Assembly: GCA_964416155.1 (NCBI GenBank)
Contig: CAYQCW010000010.1
Coordinates: 24,484 to 88,483, forward strand
Direction of reading: 5' to 3'
From: an uncultured Nitrososphaerota archaeon
GTDB taxonomy: Archaea > Thermoproteota > EX4484-205 > JAAOZP01
Length of the DNA stretch: 64,000 bases
A program made the translations under genes and the position numbers. Below, in pieces: positions 39,428 to 49,215 of the stretch. The notes below the pieces were generated by a model, which saw only the letters and a list, made by a program, of their open reading frames with translations, searched no databases and was not told the DNA's origin. Positions within the stretch are counted from its first letter, which is position 1; every line of letters begins with the position of its first letter.

Positions 39428-39833
39428 AACAAGCATTGAGAAAACCAAGAGGATCATTTCCCAACTCAACTTTGAAAAAGGCCTGATCCCTGTGGTGGCG
39501 AGAAACTTTGATGGGGAGGTTCTGATGGTCGCATTCATGAATAAAAATGCTCTTCTAAAAACTCTTTCAACAGGCTTCATGCACTACTATTCGAGGAGAA
39601 GAAGAAAAATATGGATGAAAGGAGAAACATCAGGCTTTGTGCAGAGGGTTCTTGAGGCAAGGGTCAACTGTGAAAACAGTGCTCTACTCTTCACAGTTAA
39701 GCAGGAGGGCTCTGGCACATGCCACATGGGTTATAAAACCTGTTTCTACAGGAGGATTCTTAAGAGCGGCAGCTTAAAAAAGGTTGAGAAAAAGGTTTTC
39801 AACCCTAAGCGGGTATACAGGAACTGGCGTTGA
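39420..39833 (+). CDS. hisI: Phosphoribosyl-AMP cyclohydrolase
   Basis: GLIP, VLMVAFMN, YSR..IWMKGETSG, NCEN, CHMG..TCF. Confidence 0.9.
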   Translation: MFKTSIEKTKRIISQLNFEKGLIPVVARNFDGEVLMVAFMNKNALLKTLSTGFMHYYSRRRRKIWMKGETSGFVQRVLEARVNCENSALLFTVKQEGSGTCHMGYKTCFYRRILKSGSLKKVEKKVFNPKRVYRNWR

Positions 39834-39888
39834 CGTTGATAAACTGTAAATGCTTAAGTATCGGCTACCGTTTATTCCTGTCTCGACT

Positions 39889-40626
39889 ATGAGCGATGAA
39901 CTGGTTCCTTACCTCAGCGAACTGCTTACGGTAGCCAAGCAGGTTTCTATGAAAAAGATTATCAGCGACGTTGCCCTAGCCGAGCAGCCCTTCATAGTCC
40001 TGAGGAACTGGCGTGAGAAGTTCGGGGTCTCGCAGAAAACGCTGGCTAGCAAAATGGGGATTTCAGCCTCAGTAATAAGCGATTACGAGACGGGTAGGAG
40101 AAGAAACCCCGGAATAGGCTTTCTTAAAAACTATGTTCAAAACCTTGTTGAAAGCGATGCTGAAAGGGGCGGGGCACACCTGATAGACCTTTTGAAGACA
40201 GAGCCTATTCTTAAAGGAATAATCCTGGACATGAAGGAGTATTCCAGGCCTATTTCAATGCGTAAAGTTGTTGAGGCGGTTGAGGGTAAGGTGGCAACAT
40301 TCCCCGATATGCTTGACGACTTTGTTTTCGGCCACACGGTGCTTGACAGCGTTAAAGCAATACTTTACTTCAAATGGTACGACCTAGTTAATGTTTTCGG
40401 ATACACGAACATAAGGACGCTTGTCTTCACGAATGTTCAACACGGGAGAAGCCCCCTGGTAGGGATACATCTCTACCCTTTTAAGCCTAAGATGATCGTT
40501 CTCCACGGCCCCAGGGACCTTGACCCCGTCGCCGTGGAGATAGCTAAGGTTGACGGGATAGTTGTAGCACTGTCAAACCTTGGCTCAACGAGAGAGCTTA
40601 TAGAAAGGCTTACGTCCCTGGGCTAA
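39889..40626 (+). CDS. Archaeal XRE-family HTH transcriptional regulator (COG1709-like)
   Basis: WREKFGVSQ..LA......SVISDYETGRR.NPG; GHTVLDS, FTNV..GRSP. Confidence 0.85.
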   Translation: MSDELVPYLSELLTVAKQVSMKKIISDVALAEQPFIVLRNWREKFGVSQKTLASKMGISASVISDYETGRRRNPGIGFLKNYVQNLVESDAERGGAHLIDLLKTEPILKGIILDMKEYSRPISMRKVVEAVEGKVATFPDMLDDFVFGHTVLDSVKAILYFKWYDLVNVFGYTNIRTLVFTNVQHGRSPLVGIHLYPFKPKMIVLHGPRDLDPVAVEIAKVDGIVVALSNLGSTRELIERLTSLG

Positions 40627-40661
40627 GCTTAAATAGACCTTTAAGAAGAGCCATCTGGCTT

Positions 40662-41495
40662 TTGACGCTGGCTGAAATCCTCGTTAAAACGCTCGCAATA
40701 GTGACGCTGGCGGTAGCAACACATGTCACACGCTCCCTAAGCTTTTCCGGAGTCCTAGCATCTATTTTCCTAGGGGTAATAGTGCTCTTCCTCGGGGGCT
40801 GGGACTGCTTCATAATACTGCTGGCTTTCCTCGTCTTGGGCGTCGCGTCTACAAAGTATAGGCGTAAAGACAAGGAGCTGGACGCTTTAACCCAGGAGAA
40901 GGGCGGGGTTAGAAACTGGATGAATGTCATCGCAAACGGTGGGCCCGCGGCAATATCTCTCATGCTTGAACATGTTTTCCGGATGGAGGTATTCCTCGTC
41001 TTCTTCACCACCACCGTTTGCTCGGCTGCAGCAGACACGCTGGCTACTGAACTAGGGCTTTTAAGCAAATCTAAGCCGAGGCTTATAACAAACCTTAGGA
41101 GGAGTGTTGAGAAAGGGGTTTCAGGCGGAGTCACCCTGCTGGGCACTTTCGCAGGGCTTTCGGGAGCCATGGCGATAGCACTGGTCTCGCTGACACTCCA
41201 GCAGGCTAATGCTCCAGGCATCGTTTCCAGGGTGGGTGATGCTCAACGTCTAATAGTGGCATGCTCAACCGGCGGTTTCCTAGGGATGATTGTGGACAGT
41301 CTGCTTGGAGCGACAGTCCAGGAAGCATATATGTCTAAGGCTGACGGCAGGCTCCTTGAGAAGCCTGGAAAGCAGGGAGAATACGTTTTAGTAAAAGGGT
41401 TCAGGGGTTTTAACAATCATGTGGTAAACTTTGTCTCAAACCTTATAGCGGGTCTTCTGGGCATTATGATATATATTCTCACCGCAGCGTTATAA
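40662..41495 (+). CDS. DUF92 (TMEM19-like) membrane protein
   Basis: R...NV.ANG, AADTLATELG, PRLIT, GVSGGVT..GT, DSLLGATVQ, NN..VN. Confidence 0.9.
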   Translation: MTLAEILVKTLAIVTLAVATHVTRSLSFSGVLASIFLGVIVLFLGGWDCFIILLAFLVLGVASTKYRRKDKELDALTQEKGGVRNWMNVIANGGPAAISLMLEHVFRMEVFLVFFTTTVCSAAADTLATELGLLSKSKPRLITNLRRSVEKGVSGGVTLLGTFAGLSGAMAIALVSLTLQQANAPGIVSRVGDAQRLIVACSTGGFLGMIVDSLLGATVQEAYMSKADGRLLEKPGKQGEYVLVKGFRGFNNHVVNFVSNLIAGLLGIMIYILTAAL

Positions 41496-41552
41496 ACAGG
41501 TCAAGTAGGTTAAAGTTAACATTTATCTGTTCATCCGGCTGCACAAATAGGG

Positions 41553-42713
41553 ATGATCACACTACTATACTTGACGCGCTATGCCCTCAGGGATATTGCG
41601 AGTAAAAAGCTTAGGGCAGGCCTTACTGTGCTAGGTATTTCAATAGGCATAGCCTCCCTCGTCTCGCTCTTCATAGTTTCGCTGGGCATGCGTGCAAGGG
41701 TTGAGAGCGAGATAAACACTCTGTTGGGGTCATCGATAATAGTCAGAACCAGGAACAGCGAGCCCATGTCGATCTACGTGGTCCACTTGATAAGCAATAT
41801 CACTGGCGTCGAAAGGGCTGTTCCAGTTATAATCGGCTCAGGCTTAGTGGAGTCGAGCAACGCGTTCATACTCGCCGTACCAGTGGAAGAGATAAAATCA
41901 TTCCAGACGATCATAAGCGGCTCAGGAGTCTCTTCTCCAAACGCTAGAGAATGCTTAATGCCCGAGGAATCAGCCAAGAAACTGGGTGTTTCAGTAAGCT
42001 CGACTGTGAGGATCGTAACGTCATACGTGCAGGAGGGAGTGTCTTTCAAGGTTGTGGGGCTTTCGGAGATCGGTGGGTTCTTCCAAGCTGCGCTGGCAGG
42101 GCCCGCGTCGGTTGTCGTGATGAGCCTTGAACAGGGGGAGAGGATTCTGAACAAGAGGGGGCTTGCAGACATGATCCTTGTGAGGGTTTATAATTCAAGC
42201 ATCATGAGCAGCGTTGTCAACGCTATAAGGTCTACTTACCCGAGCCTCTCAGTCTCAACTGAGGAGGATGTGCTGAAGCAGAGCCAGGCTATTCTGGACA
42301 CGATAGACGCAGTAATATTCACCATAAGCGCCATAAGCATAATAGTAGCCGGCATTGGAACCATGAACACTATCACGATGAGCATAAGGGAGAAGATAAG
42401 GGAGATAGGGGTTTTGAAGTCTATAGGTGCTTCACCCCTACAGGTTCTCTACATTTTCCTACTTGAGGGAATCATACTTGGCCTTTTAGGAGGATTATTC
42501 GGGTCAGCCCTCGGCATGGGCTTAGGCTACGTCATTGTCGTCTACATGCTCCCTAGAGTTTTCAGGTTCCAAATAAGCCTGCCGTTCATAATCAGCTACG
42601 AGCCTGTGTTAAACGGCCTCGTGATCTCGGTTGCCGCGAGTTTCCTGAGCAGCGTACTCCCCTCTTGGAACGCCTCAAGGATAAGGCCTGTGGAGGCTTT
42701 AAGATATGAGTAG
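41553..42713 (+). CDS. MacB/FtsX-like ABC transporter permease
   Basis: R..LT.LGI.IG, extracytoplasmic domain, MNT...S..E...EIG.LK.IGA, P...A.RI.PVEALRYE. Confidence 0.92.
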   Translation: MITLLYLTRYALRDIASKKLRAGLTVLGISIGIASLVSLFIVSLGMRARVESEINTLLGSSIIVRTRNSEPMSIYVVHLISNITGVERAVPVIIGSGLVESSNAFILAVPVEEIKSFQTIISGSGVSSPNARECLMPEESAKKLGVSVSSTVRIVTSYVQEGVSFKVVGLSEIGGFFQAALAGPASVVVMSLEQGERILNKRGLADMILVRVYNSSIMSSVVNAIRSTYPSLSVSTEEDVLKQSQAILDTIDAVIFTISAISIIVAGIGTMNTITMSIREKIREIGVLKSIGASPLQVLYIFLLEGIILGLLGGLFGSALGMGLGYVIVVYMLPRVFRFQISLPFIISYEPVLNGLVISVAASFLSSVLPSWNASRIRPVEALRYE

Positions 42714-43584
42714 CCCAGCCTTAGAATGCATAGATGTTTCTAAAACCTATATCATGGGTAGAGACATAGAGGTGAAGGCTTTACGAAACGTTTCGCTAAC
42801 AATACGGAGGGGGGATTTCGTTTCTATCGTCGGACCCTCCGGCTCAGGGAAGTCTACACTGCTCCACATAGCTGGAACCTTGGATAAACCTACCTCCGGA
42901 AGAGTTCTGGTTGACGGTGTGGATGTGACTAAGCTTAGCGAGAACGAGCTGCCCGTCTTCCGGAAGAACAAGATAGGCTTCGTCTTCCAGTTCTTCAATC
43001 TTCTCAGAAACCTTTCAGCCTTGGAGAACGTGACGCTCCCCATGCTTCTTTCTAAAAGATATACTTTCAAAGAGGCCAGGTTGAAGGCTCTTTATTTGTT
43101 GAAGCTGGTCGGCTTTCCTGAAGACAGGTTGAGAAACCCTCCGAGCAAGCTTAGCGGAGGCCAGCAGCAGAAAGTGGCTATTGCGAGAGCCTTGGCTAAC
43201 AATCCTGCCTACATACTTGCAGACGAGCCTACTGGCAACCTAGACGTCGCTTCATCAACAGAAATAATAGCGACCTTCAAGCTCCTGAACAGTTTTGGAA
43301 ACACGATTATCATTGTAACTCATAACGTGGAGCTGGCCCGGGTTACTAACAGGATCCTGTTTATGAAGGATGGTCAAGTATTCGAGGAAGCGCCCAGAAG
43401 CTTCCTGGAAGGAACCCCTATGGATGATGAGTCGATAAGGCTGAAGAAGCAGGTTCAACTCCACCTTTTAAAACTGGAGAGGGAAAATGTTGAAAGGCTT
43501 TTCAAAAACAGGGTTATACTCGGGGAAACCTATGAAAGAGCTTTAAAATCCATAGATGAGAAGGAGTTGATAGTGAAGCAATGA
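42706..43584 (+). CDS. LolD/MacB-type ABC ATP-binding protein with C-terminal helical extension
   Basis: GPSGSGKST, GFVFQ, LSGGQQQ, ADEPTGNLD, VTHN; about 60 extra residues at the C-terminus. Confidence 0.92.
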   Translation: MSSPALECIDVSKTYIMGRDIEVKALRNVSLTIRRGDFVSIVGPSGSGKSTLLHIAGTLDKPTSGRVLVDGVDVTKLSENELPVFRKNKIGFVFQFFNLLRNLSALENVTLPMLLSKRYTFKEARLKALYLLKLVGFPEDRLRNPPSKLSGGQQQKVAIARALANNPAYILADEPTGNLDVASSTEIIATFKLLNSFGNTIIIVTHNVELARVTNRILFMKDGQVFEEAPRSFLEGTPMDDESIRLKKQVQLHLLKLERENVERLFKNRVILGETYERALKSIDEKELIVKQ

Positions 43585-45785
43585 GACGCGCCCAAGCCTT
43601 TTTCCTAATACTGGTGATAATGCTGCAGTGGGTGACCTCAGCCTCCCCGGAGGAAACCCAGGTCACCGTAAACGAAAACCTCACCTATTTCCTAGATCTA
43701 AACCCGTTGACCGGGAATTCTACAACGGAATTCAAATCCGTCTTGACGGTTAAAAACACGGGGCAGTCGAGCGTCCAGTACCGTTTCACTCAAAGGCTAT
43801 TCGGGGTTGATGCTTCAAACCTAGTATTACCCTCGGAGGCGCGTCTCATACGGTTTTCAGGAGACTCATGCATAATTGAGTGGATCGTCCAGGCTAACCC
43901 GGGTACAAGAATCTTCGAGGTTAGCGGTAAGCCTCTTTGGCTTCCGCTCACGGTTGAAGCAAGCCTAAGGATAAACGGAGCAGTACCAAACTATACTTCA
44001 GCATACGGAGTGTTCTTCGTAAAGTCTAGGGAGGGCGATTCGGTGGAATGGGTGATAAGGGTTAAGAATAATAATCCTGTCCTCCTCGACCCGTTGACAA
44101 ACTCCTACTCAAAACCCCCGGTATTCGTCTCAATAACGATGAATATTCCTCAAAAATATTTTAGGAATATTGTTTTCAACCCTCCTGTAAACATGACTAG
44201 CCCTCTTGAGAAGGATTCGGTCTCATGGATACTTATACTGAGGGGAGAAGCGGAGATAAGGGCGGAAGCGGTTATAGACGGGTTTGACGACTGGGACACC
44301 ATCCCGTTGACCACTGTATCGGTCTCATCCTCCCCGATGGGAGAGTCTGTTACCGAGTCCATACGTTCACAGCTGAATGGGTTGAACATGTCGATACTCA
44401 TGATAAGGATGATTCTGACACCCATTGGAAACCTTACTGGTTTCACGAGCCTGATGAATAAAATGCTTGGAAACCTTAGCTACGTCTTGGAGACAACCGG
44501 TAATCAAACAATTATGATCAGCGAGGCTTTGAAAGCAATAGGCTTTGGGCTCAGCTCGGCTGCATCCCAGCTTTCCGAGGCTGCTTCACTACTCTCAGTG
44601 ATCGCTGAAAACGTTTCCAAAGTGGATTTCAAAAGGCTTAGGATAGGGCTGAACTCCTCTCGGCAGGCGGCCAGCCAAATCCTGAACGAAACCTACAGGA
44701 TGATTGTTGACGCGAAACAGGGCCTCTTGGAGATTAACAGTACTTTAACGACGCTCAGAAACGATTTGACCAATCCTGGCCAGATAAGCCTCTTGGAAAA
44801 CGCCACCCGGAGGATAACCAGTCTCTACAACCGTTTAAGCCTGGTTGAAAGCTATTTCGAATCAGCTGGGCCTCAGCTGCACTACCTTTTCGAGAGCCTA
44901 GAATCCTTCATAAACATGCTGGAGGAATATGGCTCCAGCATCGTGAAGATGAGCTCAGGCTTAGGCTTAGGCCTCTCAGCATTGTCCCAAACATCCTCAG
45001 CATTATTCGAGATGAGCTCGGCGCTGAAGCGTATCGGCGAGGCTAACATGATGATGGGTAGCAACCTGACCAGCGTGACCCCGATGCTTGAAAACGTTGG
45101 TTCAAGCCTAGAGAGTGTTCAAAAAAGCCTAGATGAGAACATGACCTCCCTGATGAATGTTTACAACGAGCTGACCCTGATCCTGCGACTGATAGATTAT
45201 GGTGAAGCCAGAACTAGACTTCTTGCCCCGGAGACTCCAATCGGGACGATTATTGTTTTCAAGCCAGAGCTGGTTGAAGATGATTTTCTAAAGCTAAACA
45301 GGCTGGTTTTCACGAACGAAACTAGGATTGGGGTTAGACGTGTCGAGATCGGTTACAACGGTAGTTTCGAGGGAGTTGTTTTAAACGGCTCGAGATACTC
45401 TGCGAACCTTGACCTGATGGGGATACAGGTCTCAGGAAACAGCATCGTCATAGAGCCGTTCAGGTTCTACGACGAGGGCAACATCCTAACCCTCTGGAAC
45501 GGGCAGGAAGTTAACATACTCTTCTCTAAAGGGTCTGAGATAAGGATAAAAGTAGACTATTCTATAGCCAGCAGCCTTGGCGAGAGAAGCGAAGCCTTAA
45601 GCTACTCCATAGTCCAGCCGACCTTCGGAAGAGGCATCGCCATCACGGTGAAGCCCGGCGAGACAACGCCTCCTCTTAAAAGGGGTTTGAGCATAACTGT
45701 GGTAGCACTATCCGTTGGAAGCATAATCATCACGATACTGCTCTTATACAGGCTTCGGAAAAGGGGGGAGGTAGTAGTATCCTGA
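43581..45785 (+). CDS. Secreted, C-terminally anchored glycoprotein with long helical hairpin (YhgE/Pip-like repeats)
   Basis: Signal peptide, beta-rich domain, about 285-aa S/L/N-rich heptad region, second beta domain, TM plus RLRKR; about 18 N-x-S/T sequons; ATGA overlap with the ATPase. Confidence 0.75.
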   Translation: MRRAQAFFLILVIMLQWVTSASPEETQVTVNENLTYFLDLNPLTGNSTTEFKSVLTVKNTGQSSVQYRFTQRLFGVDASNLVLPSEARLIRFSGDSCIIEWIVQANPGTRIFEVSGKPLWLPLTVEASLRINGAVPNYTSAYGVFFVKSREGDSVEWVIRVKNNNPVLLDPLTNSYSKPPVFVSITMNIPQKYFRNIVFNPPVNMTSPLEKDSVSWILILRGEAEIRAEAVIDGFDDWDTIPLTTVSVSSSPMGESVTESIRSQLNGLNMSILMIRMILTPIGNLTGFTSLMNKMLGNLSYVLETTGNQTIMISEALKAIGFGLSSAASQLSEAASLLSVIAENVSKVDFKRLRIGLNSSRQAASQILNETYRMIVDAKQGLLEINSTLTTLRNDLTNPGQISLLENATRRITSLYNRLSLVESYFESAGPQLHYLFESLESFINMLEEYGSSIVKMSSGLGLGLSALSQTSSALFEMSSALKRIGEANMMMGSNLTSVTPMLENVGSSLESVQKSLDENMTSLMNVYNELTLILRLIDYGEARTRLLAPETPIGTIIVFKPELVEDDFLKLNRLVFTNETRIGVRRVEIGYNGSFEGVVLNGSRYSANLDLMGIQVSGNSIVIEPFRFYDEGNILTLWNGQEVNILFSKGSEIRIKVDYSIASSLGERSEALSYSIVQPTFGRGIAITVKPGETTPPLKRGLSITVVALSVGSIIITILLLYRLRKRGEVVVS

Positions 45786-45859
45786 AATATTTTCCGCCAA
45801 GCTTTTCCAGGAAAGTTTATTTTCAACCTGTCTACGCTTACAGCCGCAGTGCATAAGCC

Positions 45860-46783
45860 GTGCCGATAAAGGAAGTCGAGAAAATATGGTTTAACGGCAG
45901 ACTCGTCGACTGGAAGGATGCCAAGATACATGTTCTCACGCACGGTCTCCATTATGGCACAGGCGTCTTCGAAGGCATAAGGGCATACGAGACAATAAAT
46001 AGTACAGCCATCTTCAGGCTAACCGACCATTTAAAGAGGCTTTACCGCTCGGCAAAAATATACTTCATGGAGATACCGTTCACGCTCGACGAGCTTAGAG
46101 AAGCATGCAAAGCAGTAGTCAGGGAGAACGGTCTTAAGACCGCATACGTCAGGCCAATAGTCTTCAGAGGCTACGGGGAGATGGGGCTATACCCTTTAAA
46201 CTCTCCGGTGGATGTTGTTGTAGCAGCATGGTCTTGGGGAACATACTTGGGTGACGAGGGCATTAGAAACGGCATAAGGGTCAAGACATCGTCCTTCAGA
46301 AGAATCGATGTTAACACTATCCCTGCCGGGGTCAAGGCTACTGGGCAATACGTCAACAGTGTTCTGGCAAAGGTTGAAGCCAAGATGGCGGGGTATGATG
46401 AGGCAGTCATGCTGGATTCCCGCGGCATGGTTTCAGAGGGAAGCGGGGAAAACATTTTCATGGTTAGGAACAGTGTGGTTTATACTCCGTCAACCTCGTC
46501 GGGCATACTTGAAGGAATAACTAGGGACACTGTGTTCCACATTGTTGAAGACATGGGGTTGAAGGTTGTTGAAAGAGATCTTACAAGGGTCGATTTCTAC
46601 TATGCTGACGAGGCCTTCATGAGCGGAACCGCTGCCGAAGTTGTGCCCGTGGTTGAGATGGATAATTACAAGATTGGCGACGGCAAGCCGGGTCCCATCA
46701 CCAGAAGAATACAGGACGAGTTCTACAGGATAGTTAGAGGAGAATCCGGGAAATACTCGCACTGGCTTGAGCCAGTAGGCTAA
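45860..46783 (+). CDS. ilvE: Branched-chain amino acid aminotransferase
   Basis: LHYGTGVFEGIRAY, YVRP, KATGQY, EGSGEN, LEGITR, GTAAEV. Confidence 0.95.
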   Translation: MPIKEVEKIWFNGRLVDWKDAKIHVLTHGLHYGTGVFEGIRAYETINSTAIFRLTDHLKRLYRSAKIYFMEIPFTLDELREACKAVVRENGLKTAYVRPIVFRGYGEMGLYPLNSPVDVVVAAWSWGTYLGDEGIRNGIRVKTSSFRRIDVNTIPAGVKATGQYVNSVLAKVEAKMAGYDEAVMLDSRGMVSEGSGENIFMVRNSVVYTPSTSSGILEGITRDTVFHIVEDMGLKVVERDLTRVDFYYADEAFMSGTAAEVVPVVEMDNYKIGDGKPGPITRRIQDEFYRIVRGESGKYSHWLEPVG

Positions 46784-46847
46784 CTCGGCTTTCCCGGTGA
46801 AGATTGGAGACACCCCGGGGGGCTTGTTTAGCCTTAGAAAAAAAGGA

Positions 46848-47795
46848 TTACTGCTCAAGATGCGCTAGGCCAATAATCTGTTTAACGCTGCTAAACCCTT
46901 TCAACGACAAGTATCTCCTGACGCCTTCCCCGATATCGTTGAAAACTTTCAACCCTATTTGGCCGTGTGCTATTGCAGAACCCGCTTGGACGGCTGTGGC
47001 GCCAGCCAGAATAAGTTCGACAGCATCCCTCCAGTCACAGACCCCGCCGCATCCGACTATGGGTGTTTTAATCTTCTCGTAGAGCTCGAAGACTATTCTC
47101 ACCGCCACCGGGTGTATGGCCTTCCCCGAAAGCCCCCCGTAAGAGTTTGACAGAACCGGTCTCATAGCGTTAACGTCAATAGCCATCCCCCTGACCGTGT
47201 TTATCGCCGTTATCGCGTCCGCACCAGCCTCAACAGCGTCCCTAGCATTAGCAACGAAATCCGTAACGTTAGGACTTATCTTGACTAGAATAGGTTTACC
47301 GGTGGAGCCTCGGACGGCTTTAACAATCCCCATGACCCTTGACGCGTCAGCACCAACCTCCATCCCAAGGTTCTCCACGTGGGGGCATGAAAGGTTCACT
47401 TCAAAACCATCGGACACGCTGTCCAGCTCTTTAACCATCTCCTCCGCCTCATCCTCGTCGTAAGGCCCGATACTAACTATCAAGGGTATTTCCAAACCCC
47501 TTCTGACAGCTTCCAGTTCAACCCTATAGTTTGAGTAACCCGGGTTCGGCAGGCCCATCGCATTCAGCAAGCCGTAACCCAGGTTGACGACGGTAGGGTT
47601 CTCGTAACCCGTTCTCGGCCGGTAAGTAACTGTTTTCGTAACAACCGCTCCAACATAAGGATTGGTTGAAACAAGCCTGATCAGGCTTCCCGAAGACCCT
47701 AATACGCCGGAAGCAACCATCAGCGGCGACCTGAGGACTAGGCCCGCAACCTCAACCTTCATGTCGGGACGCATACCTGGTTCAACACGCTTCAA
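46848..47795 (-). CDS. pyrD: Dihydroorotate dehydrogenase class 1B, catalytic subunit
   Basis: ASG, TKT, NAMGL.NPG, NLSCPH, KISPN, INT, GGLSG. True start may be ATG 47774. Confidence 0.95.
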   Translation of the reverse strand: MKRVEPGMRPDMKVEVAGLVLRSPLMVASGVLGSSGSLIRLVSTNPYVGAVVTKTVTYRPRTGYENPTVVNLGYGLLNAMGLPNPGYSNYRVELEAVRRGLEIPLIVSIGPYDEDEAEEMVKELDSVSDGFEVNLSCPHVENLGMEVGADASRVMGIVKAVRGSTGKPILVKISPNVTDFVANARDAVEAGADAITAINTVRGMAIDVNAMRPVLSNSYGGLSGKAIHPVAVRIVFELYEKIKTPIVGCGGVCDWRDAVELILAGATAVQAGSAIAHGQIGLKVFNDIGEGVRRYLSLKGFSSVKQIIGLAHLEQ

Positions 47796-47907
47796 ACTTT
47801 ATTAACCTTGCCAGTGCTCCACACGGCTACTCACATGCTCAGCAGAACTTTGCAGAGTTGAAAGCCTGATTTCCAAGTTTTTGAAGCCTGTTCAGCCAGC
47901 CTTTTTT

Positions 47908-49215
47908 CTACGAGTGTTTAAACCCATATATTTTTCCAAAGCCTCTTGAAACCACTATCTCGTTGTCCTGGAAAACAAACTCACCCCTGACCAGGGTTGC
48001 TTTAACCCTGCCCTTGAGAACCCTGTTTTTAAAAGGAGAATGCTTCGCCTTCGTGTAGAAATCCTCCGGATTAACCCGCCACTCCTCCTTAGGGTCGAAA
48101 ACCGTCAGGTTGGCAACATTCCCCTCAACAATGCCACCTAGCTTAGCGTCGCCAAGAAACCTCGCAGGCCCCTTTGTCAACGCTTCCAAAACCCTGTGAA
48201 GATTCAAAAAACCCCTGTTAACCATGTCTAAAAGAACTGGGAACGCTGTTTCAAAGCCAGGTATCCCGGAGGGAACCTCGTCGTAAAGTGTCGCGCTCTT
48301 CTCCTCAACCGTGTGCGGAGCATGGTCTGTAACAATAATCGGAACCTCCCCCCTGTTGAGGCTCTCAACCAGCATGCTTCTCTCCTCAGGGCTTCTAAGA
48401 GGAGGGTTAGCTTTACAAATGCTTCCCATGGAAGACAGGTCTTCGTCACTAAGAGCCAGATGGTTCACGCTCACGTCGAACGTGAAACCGTTCTCCCTAG
48501 CCTTTCTAATGCTCCTCACGCTTGTTAAATGAGTCGCGTGGGAACCGGGTTCTGAAAGCTTTCTGAAGAGGTCTAGGGCGGAAAGCTCCGCTTCCAGAGG
48601 CCTTATGAAGCCATGTTTCTCAACACCCTTCAACTGCACGGGGTGTTTACTCCTGTTTTCCCTTATGACTGAAAGATCCTCAGGATGGAAGACTATTTTC
48701 TTGCCTGATTCCGCGACGGTCTTCAACATTCCCGGCAGCTCACCCTGCCCAGCTTCACAGTAGTCCTCAGGGTAAAGCTTAACCCCTACTGCAACAGTCT
48801 TCAGAAGCGTCTCAAGCTCCCTCCTGCTTTCAGGCTTCCCGAAATAGAACCCGACGTCGACAACTATTTTATCACTGGCCTCCTCAATCTTCTCCATCAT
48901 CCTAAGATGGCTGTTAGTAGGGGGCTCCGTGTTAGGCATGTCCACCACAAGGGTAAACCCTCCTGCAGCCGCGGCGCACGTACCCGTTAGAAAATCCTCT
49001 TTATGCTTAAGCCTCATCCCCCTTAGGTGCACATGAATATCTATCAAGCCTGGGACTATGATTAGTCTTCCAAAGTCAATCTTCTCGTCGTAAGAGGGAG
49101 CGTTAGACTCCTTGCCGATGAAGATTATGTTTCCCCCGCTTACGCCTACACACCCCTCTGTAAAGTCACCCTCACGGTATATTCTGCCGATTAGAATCCT
49201 GTCCAACTGCGTCAT
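47908..49215 (-). CDS. pyrC: Dihydroorotase
   Basis: PG.IDIHVHLR, DMPNT.P, KANPPLR, TDHAPH. Confidence 0.93.
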   Translation of the reverse strand: MTQLDRILIGRIYREGDFTEGCVGVSGGNIIFIGKESNAPSYDEKIDFGRLIIVPGLIDIHVHLRGMRLKHKEDFLTGTCAAAAGGFTLVVDMPNTEPPTNSHLRMMEKIEEASDKIVVDVGFYFGKPESRRELETLLKTVAVGVKLYPEDYCEAGQGELPGMLKTVAESGKKIVFHPEDLSVIRENRSKHPVQLKGVEKHGFIRPLEAELSALDLFRKLSEPGSHATHLTSVRSIRKARENGFTFDVSVNHLALSDEDLSSMGSICKANPPLRSPEERSMLVESLNRGEVPIIVTDHAPHTVEEKSATLYDEVPSGIPGFETAFPVLLDMVNRGFLNLHRVLEALTKGPARFLGDAKLGGIVEGNVANLTVFDPKEEWRVNPEDFYTKAKHSPFKNRVLKGRVKATLVRGEFVFQDNEIVVSRGFGKIYGFKHS

